From Octopus bimaculoides (lineage: Eukaryota), in the NCBI RefSeq assembly GCF_001194135.2, contig NC_068982.1, forward strand, positions 1,130,659-1,194,658: a stretch of 64,000 bases of DNA, written 5' to 3'. Each line of letters opens with the position of its first letter. Within the stretch, counting starts at the first letter, position 1. Below are positions 38,716 through 51,995 of the stretch, piece after piece. The position numbers and the translations under genes were made by a program. Below the pieces are notes generated by a model, which was not told the origin of the DNA, ran no database searches, and saw only the letters and a program-made list of their open reading frames with translations.

Positions 38716-39314
38716 TGTGTGTATATATGTGAGTATGTCTGTGTATGTATGTGAGAATGAATGTGTCTAGATTCTAATGAATCTTGTAACTAATATATNN
38801 NNNNNNNNNNNNNNNNNNNNNNNNNNNNNNNNNNNNNNNNNNNNNNNNNNNNNNNNNNNNNNNNNNNNNNNNNNNNNNNNNNNNNNNNNNNNNNNNNNNN
38901 NNNNNNNNNNNNNNNNNNNNNNNNNNNNNNNNNNNNNNNNNNNNNNNNNNNNNNNNNNNNNNNNNNNNNNNNNNNNNNNNNNNNNNNNNNNNNNNNNNNN
39001 NNNNNNNNNNNNNNNNNNNNNNNNNNNNNNNNNNNNNNNNNNNNNNNNNNNNNNNNNNNNNNNNNNNNNNNNNNNNNNNNNNNNNNNNNNNNNNNNNNNN
39101 NNNNNNNNNNNNNNNNNNNNNNNNNNNNNNNNNNNNNNNNNNNNNNNNNNNNNNNNNNNNNNNNNNNNNNNNNNNNNNNNNNNNNNNNNNNNNNNNNNNN
39201 NNNNNNNNNNNNNNNNNNNNNNNNNNNNNNNNNNNNNNNNNNNNNNNNNNNNNNNNNNNNNNNNNNNNNNNNNNNNNNNNNNNNNNNNNNNNNNNNNNNN
39301 NNNNGAGAGAGAGA

Positions 39315-39375
<61 letters not shown>

Positions 39376-39829
39376 CGTGCAATATAGGGAGAGAAGTAGG
39401 CGGGCTATAGTGACCTTCGGGCTATAGTTTTCTTACCTGCTATCATGTAATTAAGTATTTTGGGTTAAAAACTTTCGGAACGTTTCTCGTAAATTTATCC
39501 TCGTCGTGGATGAGTAAGTCTTTCTGAAGAAAGAACCAAAGTTTATTTAATCATCTTCCCCTCTATTCTTACAATATAACCGACGTCATATGCGATTATA
39601 TAATCAGAAGGCTGCAATATACAAAATGTCTATAGCTATGATTTCGTTGTAAATATTGCGATAAATTCGTCTCCAGCTGAGGTTGTTATGAGATTTTATT
39701 TTTTAATTGAAAATATTTCACATGTAACGCCTCCATGAAGATAAAATTATTCTTACTTCTAAAATGTATGTTTGCTGGAAAGGAAAGCAAAATATTATCC
39801 GCACTTTCGCCAGTTGTGTTGTATTCAGC

Positions 39830-40960
39830 ACTCGCTTGCTAAAGGGTAGTTCTGTCGTGGTTACGTAACCGCGGTCTGACCTTGATCAGCCCAGTTTTCT
39901 GTCTTGTGTTACAGAAAAATCATGGTAATGGGCACCCAGAGAGAACAGAGTTCAATCATCCAATTTCCCTGATCTGAAGGTGTGTCAGGGGCTGAAATAT
40001 GTAGACAGAGTTCTACAGCGTAGAAGAGTGTCTGGGTGGGTTGGGAAGTTTAAAAATGGCCGGACAAATGTGAAAAGGAAGCAGAACGCCCATCAACCTT
40101 CAGCAAAGACTTGAAGATTCAACAAGTTCGAGAACTGGTGCTGGTGCTGGTGAACCGACGAGTGACCTTCGATGAATTGGAATGTTCTCTGCAAATCAAT
40201 AATTCCAGACAAGCTTCTCTTCCGTAACATCTGTACGAGATATGTGCCAAGAGAGCTTGTCAAAGCGCATAAGAGCAATTGTTTGTAGATCTGTCAACGC
40301 TTACCCGGCCCTTAGAACGATGAAGGTGGAGCAATTTTGGAGAGAAAATCACAGGAAATGAGATCTGGGTACATTACTTTGAACCAGAATTCAAAAGGTA
40401 GAGTATGGAGTGAAAATGCCCGGAATGGAGAGGGAAAAAGAAATTCAAGACTCAAACTTCTTCAGAAGTGATGCTGACCGTTTTTTGAGATGCAAAGGGG
40501 TCTATACTAGAGCATCGCCTGGAAAAAGCGTCTACAGTCACCGGTGTAGAATACAGGGAAATACTGGCCGATGAACTGGAACCAACAATTGGCACCTAAC
40601 ACCGAGGACTGTTGTCAAAGGAAGCGTTATTGTTGTGGAACAATGCAAGCCCACGTACGGACACCGACACCGTTGAAACCGTTGAAAAATTGGGTTTCGA
40701 TTTGCTGCAACACTCTACATATACTCCAAATCTCGCTCCTTTTTAAACTATCACCTCTTTGGAGCATTCAAACATCCTTTACGAGGTAATCAATTTGCTA
40801 CGGACAAAGAAGCGCAGGAAGTGATGCATAAATGGCTGCGTGACCGAATGAATGAACGACGGAATGAATAAACTTGTGAAAGAAGTGCATCTTAAAGCAA
40901 GGAGACTATGTCGAAAATGATGCAATTGTTCAACGGTTTTTTTCAAATAAGTTACGTAGC
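39830..40960 (+). mobile_element. Degraded mariner (Tc1/mariner, DD34D-type) transposase
   Basis: ATG at 39922. YVPREL (40241-40258) corresponds to WVPxxL and YTPNLAP (40720-40740) to YSPDLAP; a GNEIWVHYFEPE segment resembles the first-D motif. Multiple stops and frameshifts; no TIRs identified. Confidence 0.85.
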
Positions 40961-41157
40961 AATCTTCTCTAACTACAGTTATCAGATTCGGTTAGAATGT
41001 TTTACGGTTAAGCTGGTTCCTATGTATTTCCCTGAAGAGAAGATTACATCCTTATCAACAACACCTATTCCTATGGAAGGTATAATTTTTAATCTTGGAA
41101 ACATATGTTGGAAATAAAAGAATTCATTTATCATATGCGTATTACTCCATTTACTAA

Positions 41158-41192
<35 letters not shown>

Positions 41193-41890
41193 AGAAAGTT
41201 GGTATGTGAAAGCACGTGGTTGGATGTATAAAAGATAATAAGAGTGAAAAAGCTACAGAAGGCTTGTGTTACATGGTTAAAGTATANNNNNNNNNNNNNN
41301 NNNNNNNNNNNNNNNNNNNNNNNNNNNNNNNNNNNNNNNNNNNNNNNNNNNNNNNNNNNNNNNNNNNNNNNNNNNNNNNNNNNNNNNNNNNNNNNNNNNN
41401 NNNNNNNNNNNNNNNNNNNNNNNNNNNNNNNNNNNNNNNNNNNNNNNNNNNNNNNNNNNNNNNNNNNNNNNNNNNNNNNNNNNNNNNNNNNNNNNNNNNN
41501 NNNNNNNNNNNNNNNNNNNNNNNNNNNNNNNNNNNNNNNNNNNNNNNNNNNNNNNNNNNNNNNNNNNNNNNNNNNNNNNNNNNNNNNNNNNNNNNNNNNN
41601 NNNNNNNNNNNNNNNNNNNNNNNNNNNNNNNNNNNNNNNNNNNNNNNNNNNNNNNNNNNNNNNNNNNNNNNNNNNNNNNNNNNNNNNNNNNNNNNNNNNN
41701 NNNNNNNNNNNNNNNNNNNNNNNNNNNNNNNNNNNNNNNNNNNNNNNNNNNNNNNNNNNNNNNNNNNNNNNNNNNNNNNNNNNNNNNNNNNNNNNNNNNN
41801 NNNNNNNNNNNNNNNNNNNNNNNNNNNNNNNNNNNNNNNNNNNNNNNNNNNNNNNNNNNNNNNNNNNNNNNNNNNNNNNNNNNNNNNNNN

Positions 41891-41946
<56 letters not shown>

Positions 41947-41950
41947 GTCC

Positions 41951-42002
<52 letters not shown>

Positions 42003-42058
42003 GTCCGCCCATGTATCTGTCCATGTACCCCTCTCTCTCTATATATATATATATATAT
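41891..42058. repeat. (ATCT)n followed by (CT)n(AT)n, ending about 50 nt upstream of the GPCR TM6 exon
   Basis: Directly visible. Confidence 0.95.
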
Positions 42059-42106
42059 TTACATGCAATTTCATGTTCGTTGAAGCATTTCTTCTTTCTT
42101 TTTCAG

Positions 42107-42316
42107 GTTATTAAGACGTTAGTCATCGTGGTAACCATATTCGTTTTGTGCTGGCTTCCATTACACGTCTTTTTCTTAATTCTTGACTTCCAACCAGCAC
42201 TGGCTAATATGTCTAACCAAACATTGACCAGCATATATTTGGGAGTTCACTGGCTTGCGATGTCAAACAGCTTTGCCAATCCGATTATATATGGATTCAC
42301 AAATGAAAGTTTTCGG
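42107..42316 (+). CDS. Internal coding exon (TM6-ECL3-TM7) of a class A (rhodopsin-like) neuropeptide GPCR, tachykinin/luqin-RYamide/leucokinin/GPR83-like group
   Basis: Acceptor ttcttctttctttttcAG ends at 42106 and donor cgg|GTAAGA starts at 42317. The exon is 210 nt, phase 0-0. It encodes VIKTLVIVVTIFVLCWLPLHVFF...HWLAMSNSFANPIIYGFTNESFR, with CWLP (TM6), NPxxY (TM7) and the HWLAMSNS motif typical of this peptide-receptor group. The ligand subfamily cannot be assigned by eye. Confidence 0.93.
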
Positions 42317-42497
42317 GTAAGATGTCTGTTTGCTTCTTGTATTTATATTTGATGTTTATATCCTTATTTTGCAGTCATAAGTACTTACACTGACAGGTAT
42401 TTAACTTTAGAAAAGTTGCAGTAAAACCAATTCACTGACGTAATTAACGTAAAACGTACTAAATCGTACATTTTGACAGTGTTCAAGATATATTCAA

Positions 42498-42571
<74 letters not shown>

Positions 42572-42816
42572 GCAAACTCATATATATCAAATAATGAATG
42601 ACAAAGGGACAAAAATTACCTAATCACTTTCATCAGCTCACAGCTTTTGCTGTTATGAGAAGCCAAGGGCTCGTGCGATATCTTATAGCTTTCCCAGAAC
42701 TTTAAAAATGGGGTGCATATATATTGTGGAAAGCATGCTTATTGCTTTCCGCAACAACTGTGTGTTCGTACAATATTTACCATGGATGGGTAGATGTCCT
42801 CACCTTGTTTGTTATT

Positions 42817-42862
42817 ATCACAACGTTTCGGCTGATGTACTCTCCAGCCTTCATCAGGTATC
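42817..42862 (-). ncRNA. Minimal type I hammerhead ribozyme motif (Penelope-type)
   Basis: The minus strand reads GAUAC-CUGAUGA-A-GGCUG-(10 nt)-CAGCC-GAAA-CG-UU-GUGAU. It has an intact core, a 5-bp helix II, a palindromic ACGU helix III, a GUU cleavage triplet and a short helix I (GUG/UAC). Confidence 0.8.
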
Positions 42863-42967
42863 CTGGTAGAATTTCGAACCCAATCCTTTATTTAACTAAT
42901 GGGATACTCTTTTCTCATTCCTAAGGTATTTTAGGTATCTTTTGCTGATGTTATTATTATTTATTCA

Positions 42968-43046
42968 AGTCATTGATTGGGATTGAACCCGGAATCTTGA
43001 GGTTAGTAACCCGCACTCTTAATTAACCACTACACTACATGCCCGC
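42968..43046 (-). mobile_element. tRNA-derived Pol III promoter head (not a functional tRNA)
   Basis: On the minus strand: A box TAGTGTAGTGG (43037-43027) and B box GGTTCAATCC (42989-42980). I could not fold a clean cloverleaf. Confidence 0.7.
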
Positions 43047-43099
43047 GGGCAATTATAGAGTGAATTTTTGGGTTTATAGACTGATTATTTTTGTATCCT

Positions 43100-43360
43100 T
43101 AATACCGGTTCCCATATTCTACTCGTATCTGCACAAGATCTTCTTAGGAGGTTATTGTGTCCTAGCATATGTGCTGCTTCTTTTAGTTTTCGTATTTTCC
43201 AGTGGTGTTCTCTGTCTATTATTTTAACTTCATCCCACAGGGGGTGGTCTCCGTTTTTCCGTACATGATCACTTATACCCGATTTTTCAATATTCCCTCA
43301 TGTCACAGCTTTACTATGTTATGAAGATTGGAAGAGCTTTTATACTCGTTTATAAATATT
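43100..43360 (-). mobile_element. Penelope-like element, C-terminal fragment of the GIY-YIG endonuclease
   Basis: Minus-strand translation HSKAVT*GNIEKSGISDHVRKNGDHPLWDEVKIIDREHHWKIRKLKEAAHMLGHNNLL matches the PLE endonuclease C-terminus pattern (H...W..VKIIDRE..W..RKLKEA). Confidence 0.7.
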
Positions 43361-43429
43361 CTGAGAAATGTTATCTTCATTACTTGTGACCAATTTTTCG
43401 TTTTATTCTTATTAACATATAATTCCTAA

Positions 43430-43900
43430 CACTACCAAGAACATTATCCTATTTCTTCGCGAGTGCAAGACGTCGCAATGATGTGATTACGTGTAAGACC
43501 ACAACCAGAGAATACTATCAGTTCGGAGAAAGTTCTTAAAGAAAAGTCTGATACGATGACAACACTCATCACAAAACTGAATAGCCCATCCGGTAACCGA
43601 TATGAAATTGTGGATATGATCAAACACAAACGAAACTGCTCTGCATTTTTCACATAAAATAACAAAATGCCGGTAATATCATTAACTTCACCCAAAACTT
43701 GGAAGCACACCCCTTTCGAAAAGAATTGAACAATGCACAAACATTATAAGAATGGAAGTGCAGACACAATGAGAAATGATATTAAAATCTTTGAAAAAGA
43801 TCTGTAGACTAAGGCAAACAGGCATAATAGAATAGAAGAACAGCATTGAAAGTAATACGGCTGCGAATATCGAAATTAGCAAAACAGAATATTCAGGTAG
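43430..43900 (+). mobile_element. Degenerate retroelement ORF fragment, possibly a PLE N-terminal region inverted relative to the adjacent GIY-YIG piece
   Basis: Coding-like, frameshifted text (LSKRIEQCTNII...). The resemblance to PLE N-termini is from memory only. Confidence 0.3.
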
Positions 43901-43934
43901 AGAAAGCAGAATTTTCTTTGAATTTGTGTGCGCG

Positions 43935-44120
43935 CGCCCTCCACAACCGCTTGACAACTGGTGTTGGTGTGTTTATGTCCCTGTAATTTAGCGTCTTAGC
44001 AAAAGAGACCGATAGAATAAGTACCAGACTTTAAAAAGAAATAATTACTGGGGTTGATTAACTCGACTAAGAATTCTTCAAGTCAGTCTAATGAGTGAAA
44101 CAAGTAAAAAAATAAAAGAT
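43935..44120 (+). mobile_element. SINE family 2, 3' half
   Basis: ccgcttgacaactggtgttggtgtg...gtgaaacaagtaaaaaaataaaaga. Confidence 0.82.
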
Positions 44121-44967
44121 ACCTACATGTATGTGTATGTATGCACGTATGCGGTCTGTGTGCGTGTGTGAGCATGTGTTTGTGTGTGTAGATATGTGTA
44201 TCACTGGTTTGTGTCAAGGTGCACTCAGCCATTGACATAGTTACACGCATCAGGCATAACAGAGTGTTTCTCATCTCACCACAATCTTCTTTAAAATGTA
44301 AGTTTGGTTTAGAACATGTTTTCACTCCTGACATAACCTCGTTGTCCTGTCACTGGCACCGAAAATGTCAGCCGAATATTAAACAATGGAGACTGTCATT
44401 GAATAAATGGATAGAAAGACTTAAGAAGTGTTTTATTTTTTTTGCTTTGAAGAAAACTTTATAACCAGTGTAGGAATATACTAAGAAACTAAGAAACTAG
44501 TGTAGGAATATACTCGCTTTCGGTATTCCTCTTTCTTTCTTTCTTTCTTTACCCCTCCCCTATCTATCTATCATCTGTTCATGATTTACTGTTAAATTAA
44601 GGTAAGATCAACAAAAATTACTCCATCCAGAGTGAGATAAATATTATTTAATGTGCAGTGTAATCTCTGTCCACACACACATACACACGCACACAAACAC
44701 ACGCACAACCACACATACATGTGTGTGTGTGTGTGTACATATTAATGACTTGTAGGTACGTGGTATTTCGTTATGCAATCATAATGCACTACGAAATATA
44801 TTAAATGTTTTTACTGCGTTACATTATTTTGTTAAGGTTATTTCTACAGATCTTCTATAGAAATTATAGCCAGCTCTGATTTTTGCCATTAAGTTTCAGT
44901 GGTGGGTTTAATTTCTATAGAATATCTGTAGAAACAACCTTAACAAAACAATATGTACACGTATACC

Positions 44968-45007
<40 letters not shown>

Positions 45008-46010
45008 NNNNNNNNNNNNNNNNNNNNNNNNNNNNNNNNNNNNNNNNNNNNNNNNNNNNNNNNNNNNNNNNNNNNNNNNNNNNNNNNNNNNNNNNNNNNN
45101 NNNNNNNNNNNNNNNNNNNNNNNNNNNNNNNNNNNNNNNNNNNNNNNNNNNNNNNNNNNNNNNNNNNNNNNNNNNNNNNNNNNNNNNNNNNNNNNNNNNN
45201 NNNNNNNNNNNNNNNNNNNNNNNNNNNNNNNNNNNNNNNNNNNNNNNNNNNNNNNNNNNNNNNNNNNNNNNNNNNNNNNNNNNNNNNNNNNNNNNNNNNN
45301 NNNNNNNNNNNNNNNNNNNNNNNNNNNNNNNNNNNNNNNNNNNNNNNNNNNNNNNNNNNNNNNNNNNNNNNNNNNNNNNNNNNNNNNNNNNNNNNNNNNN
45401 NNNNNNNNNNNNNNNNNNNNNNNNNNNNNNNNNNNNNNNNNNNNNNNNNNNNNNNNNNNNNNNNNNNNNNNNNNNNNNNNNNNNNNNNNNNNNNNNNNNN
45501 NNNNNNNNNNNNNNNNNNNNNNNNNNNNNNNNNNNNNNNNNNNNNNNNNNNNNNNNNNNNNNNNNNNNNNNNNNNNNNNNNNNNNNNNNNNNNNNNNNNN
45601 NNNNNNNNNNNNNNNNNNNNNNNNNNNNNNNNNNNNNNNNNNNNNNNNNNNNNNNNNNNNNNNNNNNNNNNNNNNNNNNNNNNNNNNNNNNNNNNNNNNN
45701 NNNNNNNNNNNNNNNNNNNNNNNNNNNNNNNNNNNNNNNNNNNNNNNNNNNNNNNNNNNNNNNNNNNNNNNNNNNNNNNNGTATGAACAACAAGCAGGTG
45801 TATTAGTTTGACGCTCGCAAAAATGAGAAAGTCTTTTACGTTTCGAGCCTACGCTTCTGCACAAAGGAATAAGAGAAAATAAACAGAGAGAGAATTTTAA
45901 AAAACCGTCTGGATTTAGCGATATGGTTAATTCAAGGAAGTCAAATCATCATTAGAGATTATGTAATCCAAGGTATGCCATTGGTTTAATCCGTACCATA
46001 TGATGACTTT

Positions 46011-46048
<38 letters not shown>

Positions 46049-47244
46049 GCACACACACTAAACAAGGGACACAAGACGTGTCATTGTTAATATAAACAAC
46101 CACGGTCTTCCAAGTTGCGTAGTGGGCATATTTTTGGTAAAAATCAGAAGAAACGTAATATTCTCCAGTAAGGGAAGTTCTGTGCATCAAAATTCCTTTT
46201 TTCTTTTTTTTTTTCTGGTGAAAGCCAGGCTCAGAGATAAAATGGTGCTAATGATGTTATAAATTGATTGTCCTAGTTTCCTGGAAACCAGCAAGACCAA
46301 CAGGCAATTCAGCAACGTTCAAGAATAGGATTAAAAGGGCTGAAAGCCAGTTACAAAGGATTATAGAAGACATGAGGACTTGGAAGGAATGTATTAATGC
46401 TCAATTTTTCACACAGAATGTAGCATTAACTTTCTCTCCACAGCGTCTAAAAAGAAACAAAAACATTTCATACTTAACGTAGTTGATGGTGATATTTCAG
46501 CGCAATAAAGGTTAAGATTATATATGGCGTTGAGTTTGCTTTTAGCAAAATTTTCTTATCTCACTTGGCTTTCTGAATGTTTGTCAGTGCAATACACTTA
46601 AATTTACGTATTTTCAAAACTATATCTAAAAACTCGCTGATATGTCAATATTGATTTCTTCCTAGAATTCTGTTTTAATTGTTGCACTGTCGGAGGTCTA
46701 TTGCTAATGATTTGCTAATGATTCTACCACACTGTACGAAGGTAAATGATTTAATCAATATAAAGCTGATGGTAAGCGAAACTGATACCTCAGTATATTG
46801 AACTTAGAATGTTGCCAGACGGTTAAGCATATAAATCTATCCCCCAATCGTTTCTCATTACTTTTCGCCTTTCATAATACGTTTCATAGATGCAGACACA
46901 ACAGTTAAAATGTCCACGATACACAAACATATATTATAAAATGTTCAGAGTTTCTCTCAAGACCAGACCACTAATAGCGACCCGGTAAACTGATATTTTT
47001 TATATGCATAAGGGATATTTATTACATACACGCGCACAAATATACACATACTCACTTACAAGCACAAATACGTAAATATACATACATACATGCATATGTA
47101 AATATATACACAAATAAATACATATATACATATATATACATATATATATGTATATGCATGGATGTGTTTATATATATAGAGAGAGAAAGAGAGACACACA
47201 CACTCACACACACACGCGCGCGCGCACACACACACGCGCGCGCG

Positions 47245-47276
<32 letters not shown>

Positions 47277-47568
47277 AATATATATATATATANNNNNNNN
47301 NNNNNNNNNNNNNNNNNNNNNNNNNNNNNNNNNNNNNNNNNNNNNNNNNNNNNNNNNNNNNNNNNNNNNNNNNNNNNNNNNNNNNNNNNNNNNNNNNNNN
47401 NNNNNNNNNNNNNNNNNNNNNNNNNNNNNNNNNNNNNNNNNNNNNNNNNNNNNNNNNNNNNNNNNNNNNNNNNNNNNNNNNNNNNNNNNNNNNNNNNNNN
47501 NNNNNNNNNNNNNNNNNNNNNNNNNNNNNNNNNNNNNNNNNNNNNNNNNNNNNNNNNNNTATATATAT

Positions 47569-47599
<31 letters not shown>

Positions 47600-47664
47600 C
47601 ATAGATAGATAGATAGTTAGATAAAACTTACTTGGAAATGGATACGTAGCGTTCGATCATTTAT

Positions 47665-47700
<36 letters not shown>

Positions 47701-48025
47701 TCTTCATTTGTCACTATATATTGCATTATTTCGTTGAGGGAAAAAGATATGTGGTCAGAAAATGTAGAATATTATACTACTTCATGTTATTACATTCTGT
47801 CTTGAAATACTACTGGAATCGATTTTCCATAAATCCACAAATCTTGTACGATCATCAAAACCAAATCCATCAGAAATCACCATTGCAGCAATGCAAACAC
47901 AACATAATATTATACAAAAGAATCATGCATGGAACTTCCTAAGTGCGAAAATAATTTTTGTTGCAAACATTGGCACAATGCCATAGATCTATAGTTGGGC
48001 ATAGTATTTAGTAAAACAATCCAGA

Positions 48026-48061
<36 letters not shown>

Positions 48062-48062
<1 letters not shown>

Positions 48063-48745
48063 CTTCATCTCAGAGCTGCGGCCATGCTGGTGCACCACCG
48101 TTATGCTACACTGTTATTATTGAGACCCTCCTCTAATATGTGGCATTTGGTGAATTAGTGTGTTTGATGTTGCTACCCTCATTTGCACCTCCTGCCATGA
48201 GGTAGGTTCATCTGGGACTGTCGACAGGAAGAGGTTCAGTTTTGATTCGAAAACACCTACATCGACTTTGTGTAGGTCCCCCAGGCTCTTTGGGAGAATA
48301 TTAAAAAGCTGTGGACCCCTGAAACCCAGGCTGTTGCAGTAACTGGTCCTGAAACGTGATGGCATCGCTGGGGTATTTAGCCCTGTGCAGTGTCAACCCG
48401 TTCTGGAATTGGTGTAGCTTTCAATGCCAAAATTTGGCACAATTCCTTCCAGGATCTTCCAGATGTATATTACTGCATACCTCTCCTGCCTTCGCTCCAG
48501 GGAGTAGAGTCTTAGCTGTTTCAGCCTTTCCCAGTAGCTGAGACGATCTTCTTTGTGAAGCTTCGCTGGATTGCTTCAAGGACCGTTGTTTATTTTACAC
48601 TGTTGGGTAACCATAGTTGGGAGCAGTAATCCAGGCGGCTGAGGACGAATGTCCTCCAGAGGACCATCAGGGTTTCCTTATCCCTGGTTCTGAACGTTGT
48701 CAGGATACATCCAGCTAGTGGTCTGCACTTTGTCGCCATCCTGGT
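48062..48745 (-). mobile_element. CR1-clade LINE 3' fragment
   Basis: Peptides LWRTFVLSRLDYCSQLW, LYSLERRQERYAVIYIWKILEG-like and LGFRGPQLFNILP. The 3' UTR carries GGTGGTGCACCAGCATGGCCGCAG. Confidence 0.85.
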
Positions 48746-48887
48746 AATGTATATATAAATACATACATATACAAACACACACACATACACACACATATAT
48801 ATGTATGTATGTATATATTTCGATTCTCAAATGCTTTAAACATTGGGTATACTCGAGAAAGAGGAAGCAGCCATCGTATATAATATA

Positions 48888-48955
<68 letters not shown>

Positions 48956-49222
48956 GCGATATAGTTCTGACTTTGCCATTCATCTTTTCTGAGTCGGTAA
49001 AATAAGGAGCACTTCGGTAATGGGAGTCGATGTAAAATTGCTAGCGTTGTGCCAAAATTTGAAACCAATTTCATGAGCCTGTCGACTTTTAGGAAAAGGT
49101 TTATATGTCTGTGGCGTATTGTTAAGAAGGCTTTCAATTTTATTGTTTTTATGTTCAATTTATCATTTAATCTAAGGTTGTTCATGTTGTTTTACGAAGG
49201 TTTTCGACGCTTTCATCAAGTC

Positions 49223-49499
49223 CCCTGGTTCTCAACCATTTTTGACCTATGGGCCATTTTGATTCTCGTTTTACTCCGATGGACCCTCACAACCATTAGA
49301 TGTTTAAAAAATCCTATTATATCTTTATGATTAAATACTAATAGGAATTGTGTTTCAAAAAAATTAAAATATATTGTCTGTGGTAGCAGTATATGTAATT
49401 TATTGCGCATAGATTTTAACAGCAAAATCTTATATAGATCCACAACGGTCCTGTGCCCCCACCCACAAGGATCACATGGCCCCCGATTAAAAACCACTA
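49223..49499. mobile_element. Degraded hAT-type MITE
   Basis: The ends ccctggttctcaacc and gattaaaaaccacta resemble CAGTGGTTCTCAACC-type TIRs; no matching 8-bp TSD. Confidence 0.4.
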
Positions 49500-50810
49500 C
49501 TCTATGCTCTACTCTATACTTTGTATATATTTTGTTAATATAATACACTTTATAAGAGGGTTGTGCATTTTAAAGAAGTGTGATATCTGTTTCAGTGAAA
49601 ACCTGTGATTTATTACGGCTTCGTAGAGTATGCTTATTTCAATTCTTTATTCTTTTGGTCATATATCTTATAACTGTGAAGGCAGGAAGGCGTCATTTGA
49701 TCTGGGCTGAGTCTGAGGTAGTAAACATTAAGAAATCTATCTTCCTGTGTAGCCAAAACAATTTTTCCTTGTACGATTCGCTTTGATTTTGTTTGGGGGT
49801 GTGTTGTGTCTGATTCGTTTTGAAATGTCTATTATGAGAGCTAAGTGTACATATTTTAAGGAATGTTTCTTACTGATTTCTCGATTGCTTAACTACTATC
49901 TGTATATTGTACTTTTCTGTTATAAATTGTCGCCACATAACACTGAAATGTGCTACAAAATCCGAAAACAGAGACAAAATGACCCCCCGCCAAACAAAAA
50001 AACAACAACATAAAACAACATACGAAGACATTTGTAGATGAGACAGCATTAATCTCCAAAATTTTCCACAAAAATAAGCGATAAATAATACATGTCACAC
50101 TCTTAGCAAAGCACAGTTCTAAAATAAATACACAAATATACATTTATTAGAAACAGAAATGACCGTGCAGTTAATGACTTAAAATCAACGTCGACAGTAA
50201 CATTATTCAAATCGTATTTACTCTACCTATTGAAGAGGGGTAAAACACAGGAACTTTTGTTCATTCTGAAGATAAGATGCAAAGGCCAATAAACGTTGAT
50301 AATGGATTTAGGAACATTATCGGACCAAACAAACTACAACGAACTGATGTGAAAACGCGAAACCTTGATTATAATGAGAAAAGTGAGACAGTCTTCGGTA
50401 CAATACAACGTCTAAAAGAAAAGCCATTTAGTATATATGAGGAAAAAAAAAAACAATAAATAAATTTCATGGTTACAGAAAGAAATCAAAATCAAAATAT
50501 ACGACACAAATTTGGTAGAAATCGATCAAAGGACAAATAAAGGAGTCTTTTTTTTTGTGGTGAATTTTAGATTATCGGGAGAGATCTGTGATTGGTGGAA
50601 TCGTACTCGGAATTACAGGATTGTAAAGCAGTTTTTTTCTCTTTTACCTACAAAACCATGTTTGCATCAATTACACTGATACGTGGGCGCGCGCATACAT
50701 ACCTACATATCACTGATTTATTGCCAGAATAAATATATATGTGTGTGTCTATTTCTATGTATATATGAATTACGTACAAATTCGTGTGTGTGTGTGTTAG
50801 TGCGAATGTC

Positions 50811-50848
<38 letters not shown>

Positions 50849-51769
50849 AGAGAGAGAGGGAGAGAGAGAGAGAGAGAGAGTAGATCTCTTTATAATACTG
50901 ATGCTAAATCATAGTCAGCGGGGAATTATGAGAACCTTCATTGATTGTTTCTAGTTGTATAAACGAAATTCTAGTCTTGTTAGAAATACTTTATAAATCG
51001 TTTTGTTTCCTTCGAGGTCGGAATATTTTATTCCGAATGTTTGTTTGGCTTGTTGCTACTATTGTTATTTAAACTGTTGCAAACGATATTAACGAAATTA
51101 CTTTTATTCTTCAGGATTGATGGGAAATTGTAGAATAATTATATTTCTCAGACAACACAGTCTTTACCTCTTGTCAAATAATACATACCACATACCAGCC
51201 TGGTAGGTTTAGAAGAGCCATCACTGAATGTGCCTGTTTAGAATACCACCATGTGGATATGGTAAAATTATGGGAATGGAAAGAACCAATCAATTGAATA
51301 CCAAGCTGAATGATTTGCTCAAATTTATAGACGTACAATAACTTTCTAAGCTTAAGCTGTGCTTGATCTTATTTTCCCTTTCGACCTTCAAATTTTGCAT
51401 CCCTGATTTCAAATTCATTGTGGATCGTTGCCCATTTCATTGGCCATATAATTTGTAATATTCGCGAATTATTAAATAAGATGAAACCAAACTTCGTAAA
51501 CGCTAGTTTCAAACTTCTGTGTTACTCTGAATCTATTTCTCTTTACATTAAGTTTAACTGGAGACAAGCCTTTCTTCGTCGCGCAACAAGGAATTGTTTT
51601 CGTTTCTAATTACTACTTACCTCATTTTAACATTTATTTGCATAATTTATCTCTCTGTGCCAGTAGCTTTATACAGTCTGTCATATGAAAAATTGAAGTC
51701 CAAATATTATTTAAGCATACAAATGTAGTATACAGTAATTATGTATTGAAGCCTTGTACTTTTTCTATA

Positions 51770-51995
51770 GGTTTCTTTTGCTGAATCGCTAATTTACGGA
51801 GACGTCAACAAACTAACAAGGGTTACCAAAAGGTGATGGAGAGAGACAAAGACACACACACACACATACTGATTCCGTCTACCAAATCTATTCACAAGGC
51901 TTTGGTCGGGGGCTATAGTAAGACACTCGCTCTCGGTGTCACGCAATGGGACAGAACCCGGAACCATGTGGTTGGGAAGCAAACTACTTAGCACA
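51770..51995 (-). mobile_element. SINE family 2 copy
   Basis: acaaggctttggtcgg...gggacagaacccggaaccatgtggttgggaagcaaact. Confidence 0.82.

Noticed and set aside
42968-43046. tRNA gene
   Set aside because: A and B boxes are present but the acceptor and anticodon stems do not pair cleanly; it is treated as a repeat-derived head. The same applies to the SINE heads.
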